A DNA stretch of 32,000 bases from Ignicoccus pacificus DSM 13166 (lineage in GTDB: Archaea; Thermoproteota; Thermoprotei_A; Sulfolobales; Ignicoccaceae): assembly GCA_025340205.1 (NCBI GenBank), contig CP006868.1, forward strand, positions 1,170,001 to 1,202,000, written 5' to 3'. The notes below the pieces were generated by a model. It saw only the letters and a list, made by a program, of their open reading frames with translations. It did no database searches and was not told the DNA's origin. Below, in pieces: positions 9,502 through 17,594 of this stretch (the first letter of the stretch is position 1; each line of letters starts with the position of its first letter). The position numbers and the translations under genes were made by a program.

Positions 9502-9548
9502 ACTCTTTTTATTATGAGCTATCCTCCTTAAGTATTAGAATCATTTGC

Positions 9549-10892
9549 CTATCCTAACGATGTAAAATGTACTATGCAGCTGTAAACCTTATGAAGAAGG
9601 TTATTGATATTTATAAACACGAGGATTAGTAGGACGATCTCGAATACCCATAAGTACTTCCACAAGTACTCGTAAACTGTATCATAATACGTGCTTCCCA
9701 AGAACTCACCGAGTATCATCGTTACCTTTCCGCCATCAGTGATGAATAGAGGTAATGCGTTGAATAGTGCACTGAATAGATTAATAAATATCCACACTAG
9801 GAGCGCAGTGTAAACGTCATCTGGTAAGGGCACTATGCCAATAACCGGTAAGGAGAAGTAACTCACAGCACTAATTCCCTCGAAGTTTCTAGGTAACACT
9901 ATAAGGCCAATTACATCGTCCCGGAGATGCTTATAGTAAACGACAGTGCGATCATCGAGAGGATACTTGATGAGTATTATGTCTCCTTCCATTAGCCTTC
10001 CATTCCGTAATATCTCCACCTTCAAAACTATCGAATTGTGTTTTTGAAGGCCCTTGATAATGATTCTTTCAAGCTCTTTAACGCTTTTGATAGACTTCTC
10101 ATTGATGCTGAGCACCACGTCACCTGTCCTTAGGTCTAGCACTCTTTGATAGAAGCTGTCTTTTTCGACATGCGTAATATAAATGCCGGGACCTTTGAAC
10201 AGTAGTAAGGTGACGATTAATAATGCCATGAGCATGTTAACTCCTGGCCCAGCAGCTGTTGTCTCTATCAGTGGGACGACCTTTTGTGGTGTGCTAAGAT
10301 CTTCTGTGTCTATGTTTACACGGACATAAAAGATAGCTAAGAAAAGGAAGAACCCTACACCGACTTCGCTGACCGAAATCCCTTGTTTGATGGCGCTCCA
10401 ATAGTGAGCTAGTTCATGAACTACAATGGAAATAATAAAGATGATGATGGGTGCTGCGAGTACAGTAAACGAAGGTGCTACTAGAAACGGTAGATAAGCA
10501 AGAGGGACGGTAATGGAAACTTTGCTTATGTTTTTAACGACTTTATCGTTGCTTGTCGGCACTCTTTTAGAACCAAGAAGGACCATCACGTCGTATAGCG
10601 CTAAAACGGTAAATAGAAGAGTGATTAAAAGTATCTCGGTTTCCGTTATCTCGAGCGAAGTTAATAGGATGTACATTCCGAAGAGAAATGCAAGAATGAA
10701 CATAATCGTTAACGTGTCTATGATTATTCTATTTATAATTGATAGTTCAGGTTTGATCCTTTTGGTCTCAAGCTTGCGAATTCGTATTAGAAGTAATCCT
10801 GGGAAGGGTGAGTATATGTGCTCACCATTTCTCAACCTTGATGATGCATAGGGAAGTAAGGAAAGTATTATCAGTAGGGTCTCGATGAGCAT
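9549..10892 (-). CDS. Site-2 protease-like (M50) membrane metalloprotease with a PDZ-like domain
   Basis: HELAHYW zinc motif, LRTGDVVLSINEKSIKSVKELE PDZ-like segment, C-terminal NALPLFITDGGKV, multiple transmembrane segments. Noticeably more AT-rich than its neighbours. Confidence 0.88.
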   Translation of the reverse strand: MLIETLLIILSLLPYASSRLRNGEHIYSPFPGLLLIRIRKLETKRIKPELSIINRIIIDTLTIMFILAFLFGMYILLTSLEITETEILLITLLFTVLALYDVMVLLGSKRVPTSNDKVVKNISKVSITVPLAYLPFLVAPSFTVLAAPIIIFIISIVVHELAHYWSAIKQGISVSEVGVGFFLFLAIFYVRVNIDTEDLSTPQKVVPLIETTAAGPGVNMLMALLIVTLLLFKGPGIYITHVEKDSFYQRVLDLRTGDVVLSINEKSIKSVKELERIIIKGLQKHNSIVLKVEILRNGRLMEGDIILIKYPLDDRTVVYYKHLRDDVIGLIVLPRNFEGISAVSYFSLPVIGIVPLPDDVYTALLVWIFINLFSALFNALPLFITDGGKVTMILGEFLGSTYYDTVYEYLWKYLWVFEIVLLILVFININNLLHKVYSCIVHFTSLG

Positions 10893-11008
10893 GATCTCCC
10901 TTTCTCTAGTTTGAATGAATCATTAAAAATCTATATTAATAGAATTTTATGTTTACGATTCCACATTGATGGGATTTACTGCCGTTGTGACTGTGCTTTA
11001 TGTAGCCA

Positions 11009-11459
11009 TTTTCCATTCACTCTTGTAACTCTTCTGACCAAGGAAACGTACACCTCGTCTGCATACCGAACGTGCAGACTAACGACTTTCCATTCACTAT
11101 TGTGACTCTTCAACACGTTCTCAGCCGGTATCAAGGACGGCCTAATAGTAATCTTTCCATTCACTATTGTAACTCTTCATAGCATTGATAACCATCGAAG
11201 CCGAAGTGTGGACTGATCTTCCTTTCCATTCACTATTGTAACTCTTCAAATAAGGAGTGTATCGAGACGTACATACGCACAGGACAGTATACATGTGCCT
11301 TTCCATTCACTATTGTAACTCTTCACTGCAAAGCCATTGCCGGAGGTAGGATACTACTAAGGTACCACTTTCCATTCACTATTATAACTCTTCTGCTTTA
11401 CAAAGAAGTTGAGCCCTATTGCTTCTGAGACCTCTTTCCATTCACTATTGTAACTCTTC
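11009..11459 (-). CRISPR. Short CRISPR array: 7 repeats of 26 nt, 6 spacers of 40-51 nt; transcription inferred leftwards
   Basis: Plus-strand repeat CTTTCCATTCACTATTGTAACTCTTC at 11009-11034 (first base T, internal A>C), 11086-11111 (A>G), 11153-11178, 11222-11247, 11299-11324, 11368-11393 (G>A) and 11434-11459. Spacer lengths are 51, 41, 43, 51, 43, 40. The reverse complement GAAGAGTTACAATAGTGAATGGAAAG ends in a typical crenarchaeal AUxGAAAG handle. Confidence 0.97.
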
Positions 11460-11600
11460 CGTGACCCTCCTATTTAACTAGTTCTTCCTTTCACTAATAA
11501 GCCATTCCTTTCCCATTGCCTTGATTTGGTTACTTTATTAACTTTGAATACTTAAGCTTTCATGAGAACAGTTTTGCTCTACTTCCATCAATTAGAATTA
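11460..11600 (-). promoter_or_regulatory. Probable CRISPR leader; outer boundary not determined
   Basis: AT-rich, non-coding, adjacent to a consensus repeat. The most degenerate repeat is at the far (11009) end. Contains poly-purine stretches on the minus strand (AATGGGAAAGGAATGG) and TATA-like sequences. Confidence 0.6.
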
Positions 11601-11817
11601 CCTAATTGAAACTAATGGTCAAACAAAAGAGTTCATTATCATCGGCGTTTCCATGTATGTGATAATGGAAAGAATTGCTTGATCATAAAGCTAATTGAAC
11701 TTTGAAGTTGCTTAATCGAATAGAGCTCAAGGTGAAGGAAAGAAAGGAGACCATAAACGTTCTGATATGTTCCCATGGAAATCTTAGAATTATTAAATAC
11801 TAGAAAATAAACTGCAA

Positions 11818-11900
11818 GTCGCGGAGACCCCGAAACTCTGGGTTCCTATGAGATCATTATGTGTCTCCTGGCCCAAGGGTTCAGAGAAAGAGATCGCGAC
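11818..11900 (+). ncRNA. Candidate structured RNA or 5' element upstream of csa1; strand uncertain
   Basis: GTCGCG (11818-11823) pairs with CGCGAC (11895-11900), extendable by one G-U pair. Nested CTCTG (11836-11840) pairs with CAGAG (11882-11886). Alternative stem GAGAC (11825-11829) with GTCTC (11863-11867). Confidence 0.3.
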
Positions 11901-11981
11901 ATTTTCGGTCACCTCTACACCTTAAGGTTTCTAATCGTACCTCATTACTAGGTTCGTAATACCTACTACACGGGTGGTAGG

Positions 11982-12695
11982 TTGCTCCCGCGGGCGGTCT
12001 GGGACGAGTTGAGGGCGACCGCGGGGGAGGTCATAGTGAACACCAGGGGCTGGGACTGGGCCTTACTTCAGTCCCGCTTCAGAGCTAGACCGAGCATAAG
12101 CGACGTCACCACCCCGTGTCCCACCAAGAGGGACGTCTACCTAAGGAGAATACTAGGCATGAGGATGGAGTCCCAAGCGTTGGAGACCGGAAGGAAGGTC
12201 CACGAGGCATTCATGGCGCCCTTCAAGGGCGAGGAGAAGGAGTACGAGGATCCCCTCCTCAAGAGGGTCTACGAGGAGGCCAAGCTGAGAAAGCTGGAGA
12301 GCGAGCAGGAGGGCATACCGGTAAGCGTGGAGCCTGAGATCCCGGGCTCCCCGATAGGCCTCTCCAGCACTATCAAGCCGGACTTCTTGGTCGGCTTCAT
12401 GCCCGTAGAGGTGGTCTACGGAGGAAACGGCTCACTAGAGAGGAAGAAGATAGCCGTAACCGGCTACGCCCTAGCGTTAGAGTCTTGGATTGGCCTTCCA
12501 GTCGACGCAGCCGTAATAATCAACGTTACAAACAAGAAGACTTACTGGAACGTTGTCAGGATACATGAAGGCTTGAGGAGGAAGTTCATAGAGCTTAGGG
12601 ACGAGGTCGCCAGGATCCTAGCGGAGAAGGAGGATCCCGGAACCTCAGAGGAGTGTCCGAGCTACTGTCCCTTCAAGGAGGTGTGCAAGGGATGA
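11982..12695 (+). CDS. csa1: CRISPR-associated Cas4a/Csa1
   Basis: NTRGWDWALL ... PSISDVTTPCPTKRDVYLRRIL is the Csa1 signature, with a C-terminal Cys cluster CPSYCPFKEVCKG. First gene of the cas cluster; TTG start after GGTGGTAGG. Confidence 0.9.
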   Translation: MLPRAVWDELRATAGEVIVNTRGWDWALLQSRFRARPSISDVTTPCPTKRDVYLRRILGMRMESQALETGRKVHEAFMAPFKGEEKEYEDPLLKRVYEEAKLRKLESEQEGIPVSVEPEIPGSPIGLSSTIKPDFLVGFMPVEVVYGGNGSLERKKIAVTGYALALESWIGLPVDAAVIINVTNKKTYWNVVRIHEGLRRKFIELRDEVARILAEKEDPGTSEECPSYCPFKEVCKG

Positions 12696-13618
12696 GGACC
12701 TTCTTCGTGACTGATCCGGGAAGGATAGCTAGGAAGGACGGCGGGGTCGCTTACATCTCCAAGGACGGCGAGGTAAAGTACTTGACGAACGACTACGACG
12801 TAATAGTGGTTGCGAGCTCAAAGGTATCCATAACCAGCGCCGCGATGAGGCTCTTGGCTAGGTACGGAATAGATCTAGTAGTTCTCGAGTGGAACGGAGA
12901 GCCAGTGATAAGGGCCTCCTCCCCCATACCCAACAAGACCGCTATGACTAGGCTGAAGCAGTACGAGGTAATACTGAAGGGGAAGGCTCTCGACTACGCT
13001 AAGCCGATAATAATGAGGAAGATAATAGAGCAAGGGAGGACCCTTAGGTACATAGCTAAGAGCAAGAGGATCAATTGGTTGAGGGATCAGAGCTATCAGC
13101 TGGAGAAGCTCGCTCAAGACGCTTCTTCCGCTCAAGATCCGGACTCCTTGAGAAGCGTAGAAGCCTTAGCAGCTAAGCTCTACTGGGGCCTCCTGAGCGA
13201 GGTGTTCGAGGACTTCCCCGGAAGGATCCAAGAGTCGCAAGATCCCTACAACATGGCTATAAACTACGCTTATGGAATACTCTATTCCAACACGGCTAAG
13301 GCGTTGACCGTGGTGGGCTTGGACATCTACGCCGACTTCTTCCACACTCCGAAGAGCGGGAAGAGCTCCTTGGTTTACGACTTCAGCGAACAGTTCAAGC
13401 CGCTGGTAGATCAAGCCCTGTTCAGCAAGCTGAACTTCGAGAGGCTTCAAGCGGTGAACGGTGCCTTAACTTACGACTCCAGAAAGGAGGTCGCCAAGGT
13501 TGTTACTGAGGCCTTGGAGGAGTGTATAAGCAACTTGTTGCTTGTAGAGGCCTGGAACCTTACCTCCTACCTCAAGGAGGAGAGAGTTTACGTTCCGGGG
13601 TGGAAGAGGTGTATGTGA
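12692..13618 (+). CDS. cas1: CRISPR-associated endonuclease Cas1
   Basis: ATG 12692 overlaps the csa1 stop. MRTFFVTDPGRIARKDGG..., IDLVVLEWNGEPVIR, AVEALAAKLYWG, MAINYAYGILYSNTAKALTVVGLDIYADFFH, SLVYDFSEQFKPLVD. Confidence 0.97.
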   Translation: MRTFFVTDPGRIARKDGGVAYISKDGEVKYLTNDYDVIVVASSKVSITSAAMRLLARYGIDLVVLEWNGEPVIRASSPIPNKTAMTRLKQYEVILKGKALDYAKPIIMRKIIEQGRTLRYIAKSKRINWLRDQSYQLEKLAQDASSAQDPDSLRSVEALAAKLYWGLLSEVFEDFPGRIQESQDPYNMAINYAYGILYSNTAKALTVVGLDIYADFFHTPKSGKSSLVYDFSEQFKPLVDQALFSKLNFERLQAVNGALTYDSRKEVAKVVTEALEECISNLLLVEAWNLTSYLKEERVYVPGWKRCM

Positions 13619-13857
13619 TAGCTTCCTATGACATAAGGGAGGATAGTAAGAGGAACAAGGTAATGAAGAGGTTAATGGCGTTAGGCTTCAGCAGGCTTCA
13701 GAAGAGCGTTTACTACAAGAGAGGAGGAAGGGGAGCTATGTTAGACGCCTTGAGGGCGGTACAAAGGCTCTTGGAACCTTATGACAAGCTCTTCATGATA
13801 GTTGTTAGCGACAAGGAGTTCAGGGAGGCTGTAAGGGTTGAAGGGGAAGTTGCTTAA
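13615..13857 (+). CDS. cas2: CRISPR-associated endoribonuclease Cas2
   Basis: GTG 13615 overlaps the cas1 stop (ATGTGA). VIASYDIREDSKRNKVMKRLMALGFSRLQKSVYY is the Cas2 N-terminal motif. Confidence 0.93.
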   Translation: MIASYDIREDSKRNKVMKRLMALGFSRLQKSVYYKRGGRGAMLDALRAVQRLLEPYDKLFMIVVSDKEFREAVRVEGEVA

Positions 13858-14375
13858 GGAGTACGTTCTATGTCCTGCCTTGGCATACTTCCAGCACCAT
13901 TTCCCCGAGCCCCCTACTTCATCTATGGAGTTTGGAAAAGAATTAGATGTTAAACAAATAATAGAGTCAAACCTTGAAGATTGAGGGAGAGATCAGATAC
14001 TCGGTATTCTTGAGAGGTTCGCTAGGAAGCGGTGTAGCGGATGCGATTATAATCAATGGCGATTATTTAGAAGTTGTAGAAGTTAAACTAAGGAGGGCAT
14101 ACGATATTAGACCTCATCTAGTTCAAGTTGCGTTCTATTGTCTCTTAGCTGAAGAAATCCTGAGAAAACGATGTAGAAAGGTTCACTTATGTTACCCAGA
14201 AGGCTGCGTTTCGAGGCCTATGAGTCTGTCCCTTAGAGAGAGCGTTTTCGGTCTAGTTGAGGCTGCGGAAAAAGGAATTGAAGAGCTTCGGAAAGCCAAA
14301 CCAAAGAAGTACTGTCAATATTGTAAGTACAAAAGGTTGTGCCCTTTTGCTCATGGAGAAAGTAAGAATAATTGA
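13838..14375 (+). pseudogene. cas4: Cas4-family exonuclease split by a frameshift (parts 13838-13984 and 13974-14375)
   Basis: Part 1, from TTG 13838: MKGKLLKEYVLCPALAYFQHHFPEPPTSSMEFGKELDVKQIIESNLED*. Part 2, in another frame from TTG 13974: ...SGVADAIIINGDYLEVVEVKLRRAYD...HLVQVAFYCLL...KKYCQYCKYKRLCPF. Together about 180 aa with first Cys, Asp/EVK motifs and C-terminal Cys cluster. It could be a sequencing error or programmed frameshift. Confidence 0.85.
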
Positions 14376-14431
14376 GTGGGATTACTGGAACACGAAATAT
14401 GCGATAGGTAAGCTCTTCTAAATTAGCTCAC

Positions 14432-15577
14432 GTGAGCACACCCTCACGAGCGACGATGAGGGGGCTCTGCACCATAGCGTTTCTTAGCGGAATAGGGGGC
14501 ACCATAGCCTTCACGTTGATGGCTCCCTTGGCTTCGTACTTGGGAATGTCGCCCTCTGAGTATGCCTTTGCTACCTCCCTCTTCCTCCTCACCTCGACGG
14601 TAAGCTCCTTGGTTTGGGGAAGAGCAGCTGATAAGGTGGGCTCTAGGCCTCTCTTGTTCGTATCGGAAGTAATATTCGTTGTCTCAATATTCGTGCTCTT
14701 ATCCCTCACAAGGGAGAGCATATACTTGTCCAACTTGTTGAGTGGAATAGCTTCCGGAGCTCAACCTATCTACTTCAGCTACATAGCTAGGTCCAAGAGG
14801 CAATTGGAGAGAGCGTTCGGAAAGTTCAACGCTCTAAACCTTGTTGGAGGCGCTCTTGGATCCCTAGCAACGGTGCTCTTCTCCTCCCTCTTCCCTCGCC
14901 CAATTCGCTTTACGTACTCGATAGTATTCGCCTTACTGGCCTACACGCTTTCTCTTCTCTTCGTCCTCACTTTGGAAAACGTGAGGCCGAGGCCGAGAAG
15001 GCTCGGAAAGCCCTCTAGGGAAGTAGCCGGTTTGATAGCGTTTGAAGGCTTGTTGGCTCTCGGAGCCTCTGCCGGTATATGGAACTTCGACTTCTACTTG
15101 ACCTTGAAATATAAGTCCGGGCTGAAGTCAATAGGAATGCTCCACTTCTTCCAACTGCTCCTTCAAGCTCTAGGATCCTACTTGAGCCCTAGGCTCGCCT
15201 CGAGGCTCGGCACCGCTCTAGCTTACTATTCCTTGACGGTGCCGGCTACCCTAATGGTGCTTTTGATTACGCTGACGAACGACTTCCTCCTGGCCTACGT
15301 GCTGTTCATACTCAGGACGGCCTTGATGAACGCAGCCAACCCCCTTCTCTAAGCCCTCTTAGCAAGACTTGTCCCGGAGGAATATTTAGGAACAGTAGCG
15401 GGACTCACGTCTCTATCTTGGAACGTCTTCGCCTTCTTTGGGAAGAACTTGGGAGGGCTGTTAATGCAGATAGACTTAGAGCTTCCCCTGAGGTTCACGT
15501 TCGCTGACTACGTCTTCTCCTTGGCATTCTTGGCATTTGTATTGAAAAGAATTAAGAGGAACACGGAGCACCTCTAG
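14432..15577 (+). pseudogene. MFS transporter interrupted by an in-frame TAA at 15350-15352
   Basis: Listed ORF ends ...RTALMNAANPLL*. The same frame continues as ALLARLVPEEYLGTVAGLTSLSWNVFAFFGKNLGGLLMQIDLELPLRFTFADYVFSFLAFLAFVLKRIKRNTEHL* to 15577, the expected MFS C-terminus. Total is 381 codons plus stop region. Confidence 0.88.
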
Positions 15578-15587
15578 ACGCCCTTCT

Positions 15588-16328
15588 TCACTTATCCTTC
15601 TCTACCTTTATCCCAGCCAAATGCATTAACAATAAGTTCATCATGCTCTTTATCTCCCTTACATCTTCGCTCAACAAGTCAACCTTGTGATCCAATCTGG
15701 CAACCGCCACCTTTAGCTCTTCTACATCTTTCTCAAGCTCATAAACTCTATGTTCCAAGCTCTCGAACCTCTTATTGAAGTCCTCTCTTAGATCGTCAAT
15801 TCTTTTGTTAGTTAACTCGATCTTCTTCTCGAGATCTCTCTTAGTCTCTTCGATCTTCTTGTTCAATCTTTCCTCAGTCTCCTTGATCTCATTTCTGAGT
15901 CTCTCCTCAGTTGCCTTTATCTCGTTCCTAAGCTTCTGTTCCGTCTCCTTTATCTCGTTCCTTAGTCTTTCTTCACACTCTTTCATCTCGCTCCTCACTT
16001 GCTCAATCTTCTTGTCGAGTCTCTCCTCAGTTGCCTTTATCTCATTTCTCAGCCTTCCTTCGGTTTCCTTGATCTCGTTTCTTAAGCTTCCTTCCATCTT
16101 CTTCATGTCTTCACTTACTTCTTTTATCATCTCTCTGTTCAATTGAATCTGCCTTGAAAGTTCGTCATATCTCAATCTGACCTCGTTTAGCACCATGAAG
16201 AGCAATAGGAAGTTCGCTTCTTCACTAGTCAAAGGCTTTCCGCTTTGAATTTTATTTATCAGCTCTCCGAACTTCTCTTTTGCAAAATCATAGGCAATCT
16301 CTAAGGTCTTATCGACCAGGAAGGCCAA
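15588..16328 (-). CDS. Coiled-coil protein with 11-residue repeats
   Basis: TTG start at 16328 is preceded by GGAGGG; the listed 16460 start would overlap aroC. Helical N-terminal domain, then tandem LRNEIKETEER-type units. Confidence 0.8.
   Translation of the reverse strand: MAFLVDKTLEIAYDFAKEKFGELINKIQSGKPLTSEEANFLLLFMVLNEVRLRYDELSRQIQLNREMIKEVSEDMKKMEGSLRNEIKETEGRLRNEIKATEERLDKKIEQVRSEMKECEERLRNEIKETEQKLRNEIKATEERLRNEIKETEERLNKKIEETKRDLEKKIELTNKRIDDLREDFNKRFESLEHRVYELEKDVEELKVAVARLDHKVDLLSEDVREIKSMMNLLLMHLAGIKVEKDK
15801..16085 (-). repeat. Tandem roughly 33-bp coding repeats (hendecads)
   Basis: Translated units LRNEIKETEGR / LRNEIKATEER / LDKKIEQVRSE / MKECEER / LRNEIKETEQK / LRNEIKATEER / LRNEIKETEER / LNKKIEETKRD / LEKKIELTNKR. 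Confidence 0.85.
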
Positions 16329-16398
16329 TTTTATCCCTCCAATAAGATGAGGAATATTGTATTTATGCGAGAGAGTTGAACGGAAGTGAAGGTCCGTG

Positions 16399-17562
16399 CT
16401 AGAGCGAGGCCTTGAGCTCTTCCGGTAGGTACTCCTCATAAAGCTTCCATACCCTTTCACATGAGCTGTTCCACTCTACCCTAACGGGGTTGAGCAAGCC
16501 TGACCTCAAGACGTGATCTATCAAGGTTATGGCAACCATGGCTTCTGCTACAGCCACTCCCCTAATAGCTATAGCCGGATCGTGTCTTCCCGGAACCTCT
16601 ACCGGAACCTCATCTAAGGTCTTTATGTTAACAGTCATCTCGGGCGTCATTATCGATGAGGTCGGCTTAAAGGCAACCTTAACCCTTATGGGACCTCCTA
16701 CGCTTATCCCTCCGAGCATTCCTCCAGCCTTTTCCCCCTCTAGGACCGCCTCTCCTACCGACGGCACTATTCTGTCCCTAGCCCTGCTCCCGTAGCTTCT
16801 AGCTAAGGAAAAGCCCTCTCCGACTTCGAAGCCCACAGCGGCTGGGATTGAAATAAGTGCCTTTGCCAAGTCAGCCTTGAGCTTATCGAAGACGGGTTCA
16901 CCAAGCCCAGCCGGGACGTCCCAAGCCACTACCTCCACTACTCCTCCAACTGAGTCCTTATTCTTCAGGACTTCCTTCAACAACTCCTCTGCCCTTTCGT
17001 CTCCCTCTATTACTCTAAATGGAGAGAGCCTAGCCTTGAGTCCTTCCTGAGGATCCTTAGCCCTAGGAAACTCAGTGTTTCCCAGCGAGATTATATTTCC
17101 AGTGATGATTATGCCTAGACAAGACAGTAGCTTCTTCGCTATTGCTCCGGCTATCACCCTAGCCACCGTCTCCCTTCCGGAGGCCCTTCCTCCACCACGA
17201 TAATCCCAATTTTCGTATCCGTACCTCTTTATGTAAGCTAGGTCAGCGTGACCGGGCCTGGGCGTTTCCCTGATCTTCTCGTAATAGCTTGAAATGACGT
17301 CTTTGTTCCAGACTACAACCGAGATCGGCATTCCCGTGGTCCTTCCGTTGAAGACGCCGCTCAAGATCTGCGGCTCATCTCCTTCCCTTCTCGGTGTAGT
17401 AAACCTCCTTCCGGGCCTCCTCAGAAGTAGCTCCACCTTGAGGTCCTTTTCATTTAAGGGCAAGCCTGCGGGACAGCCATCTACTACCGCTCCCAGGGCC
17501 TTGCCGTGGCTCTCCCCCCACGTGGTAACGGCGAAGAGCTTACCGAAGGAGTTTCCTCCCAC
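16399..17562 (-). CDS. aroC: Chorismate synthase
   Basis: NSFGKLFAVTTWGESHGKALGAVVDGCPAGLPL, RRPG, ETPRPGHADLAYIKRYG, RGGGRASGRETVARVIAGAIAKKLL. Confidence 0.98.
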   Translation of the reverse strand: MGGNSFGKLFAVTTWGESHGKALGAVVDGCPAGLPLNEKDLKVELLLRRPGRRFTTPRREGDEPQILSGVFNGRTTGMPISVVVWNKDVISSYYEKIRETPRPGHADLAYIKRYGYENWDYRGGGRASGRETVARVIAGAIAKKLLSCLGIIITGNIISLGNTEFPRAKDPQEGLKARLSPFRVIEGDERAEELLKEVLKNKDSVGGVVEVVAWDVPAGLGEPVFDKLKADLAKALISIPAAVGFEVGEGFSLARSYGSRARDRIVPSVGEAVLEGEKAGGMLGGISVGGPIRVKVAFKPTSSIMTPEMTVNIKTLDEVPVEVPGRHDPAIAIRGVAVAEAMVAITLIDHVLRSGLLNPVRVEWNSSCERVWKLYEEYLPEELKASL

Positions 17563-17594
17563 GCTTTTCCCTCAAGGAGCTGAAAAGGTGTGAG

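Noticed and set aside
10970-10997. Possible additional degenerate repeat (GGATTTACTGCCGTTGTGACTGTGC)
   Set aside because: Shares ATTxACT and TTGTGACT with the repeat but needs a 3-nt insertion and leaves only about 12 nt before the first clear repeat. Too weak to count.
10911-11164. Listed ORFs 10911-11105 (+) and 10976-11164 (-)
   Set aside because: Both run through CRISPR repeats and spacers, so they are artefacts of open frames in the array.
11818-11900. tRNA interpretation of the GTCGCGG...TCGCGAC fold
   Set aside because: The acceptor-like stem is 7 bp and the length is 83 nt, but no complementary T arm flanks the GGTTCAG segment and no anticodon arm fits.
15350-15352. Recoded stop (pyrrolysine or selenocysteine)
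   Set aside because: The codon is TAA, whereas Pyl uses TAG and Sec uses TGA; a nonsense mutation or base error is simpler.
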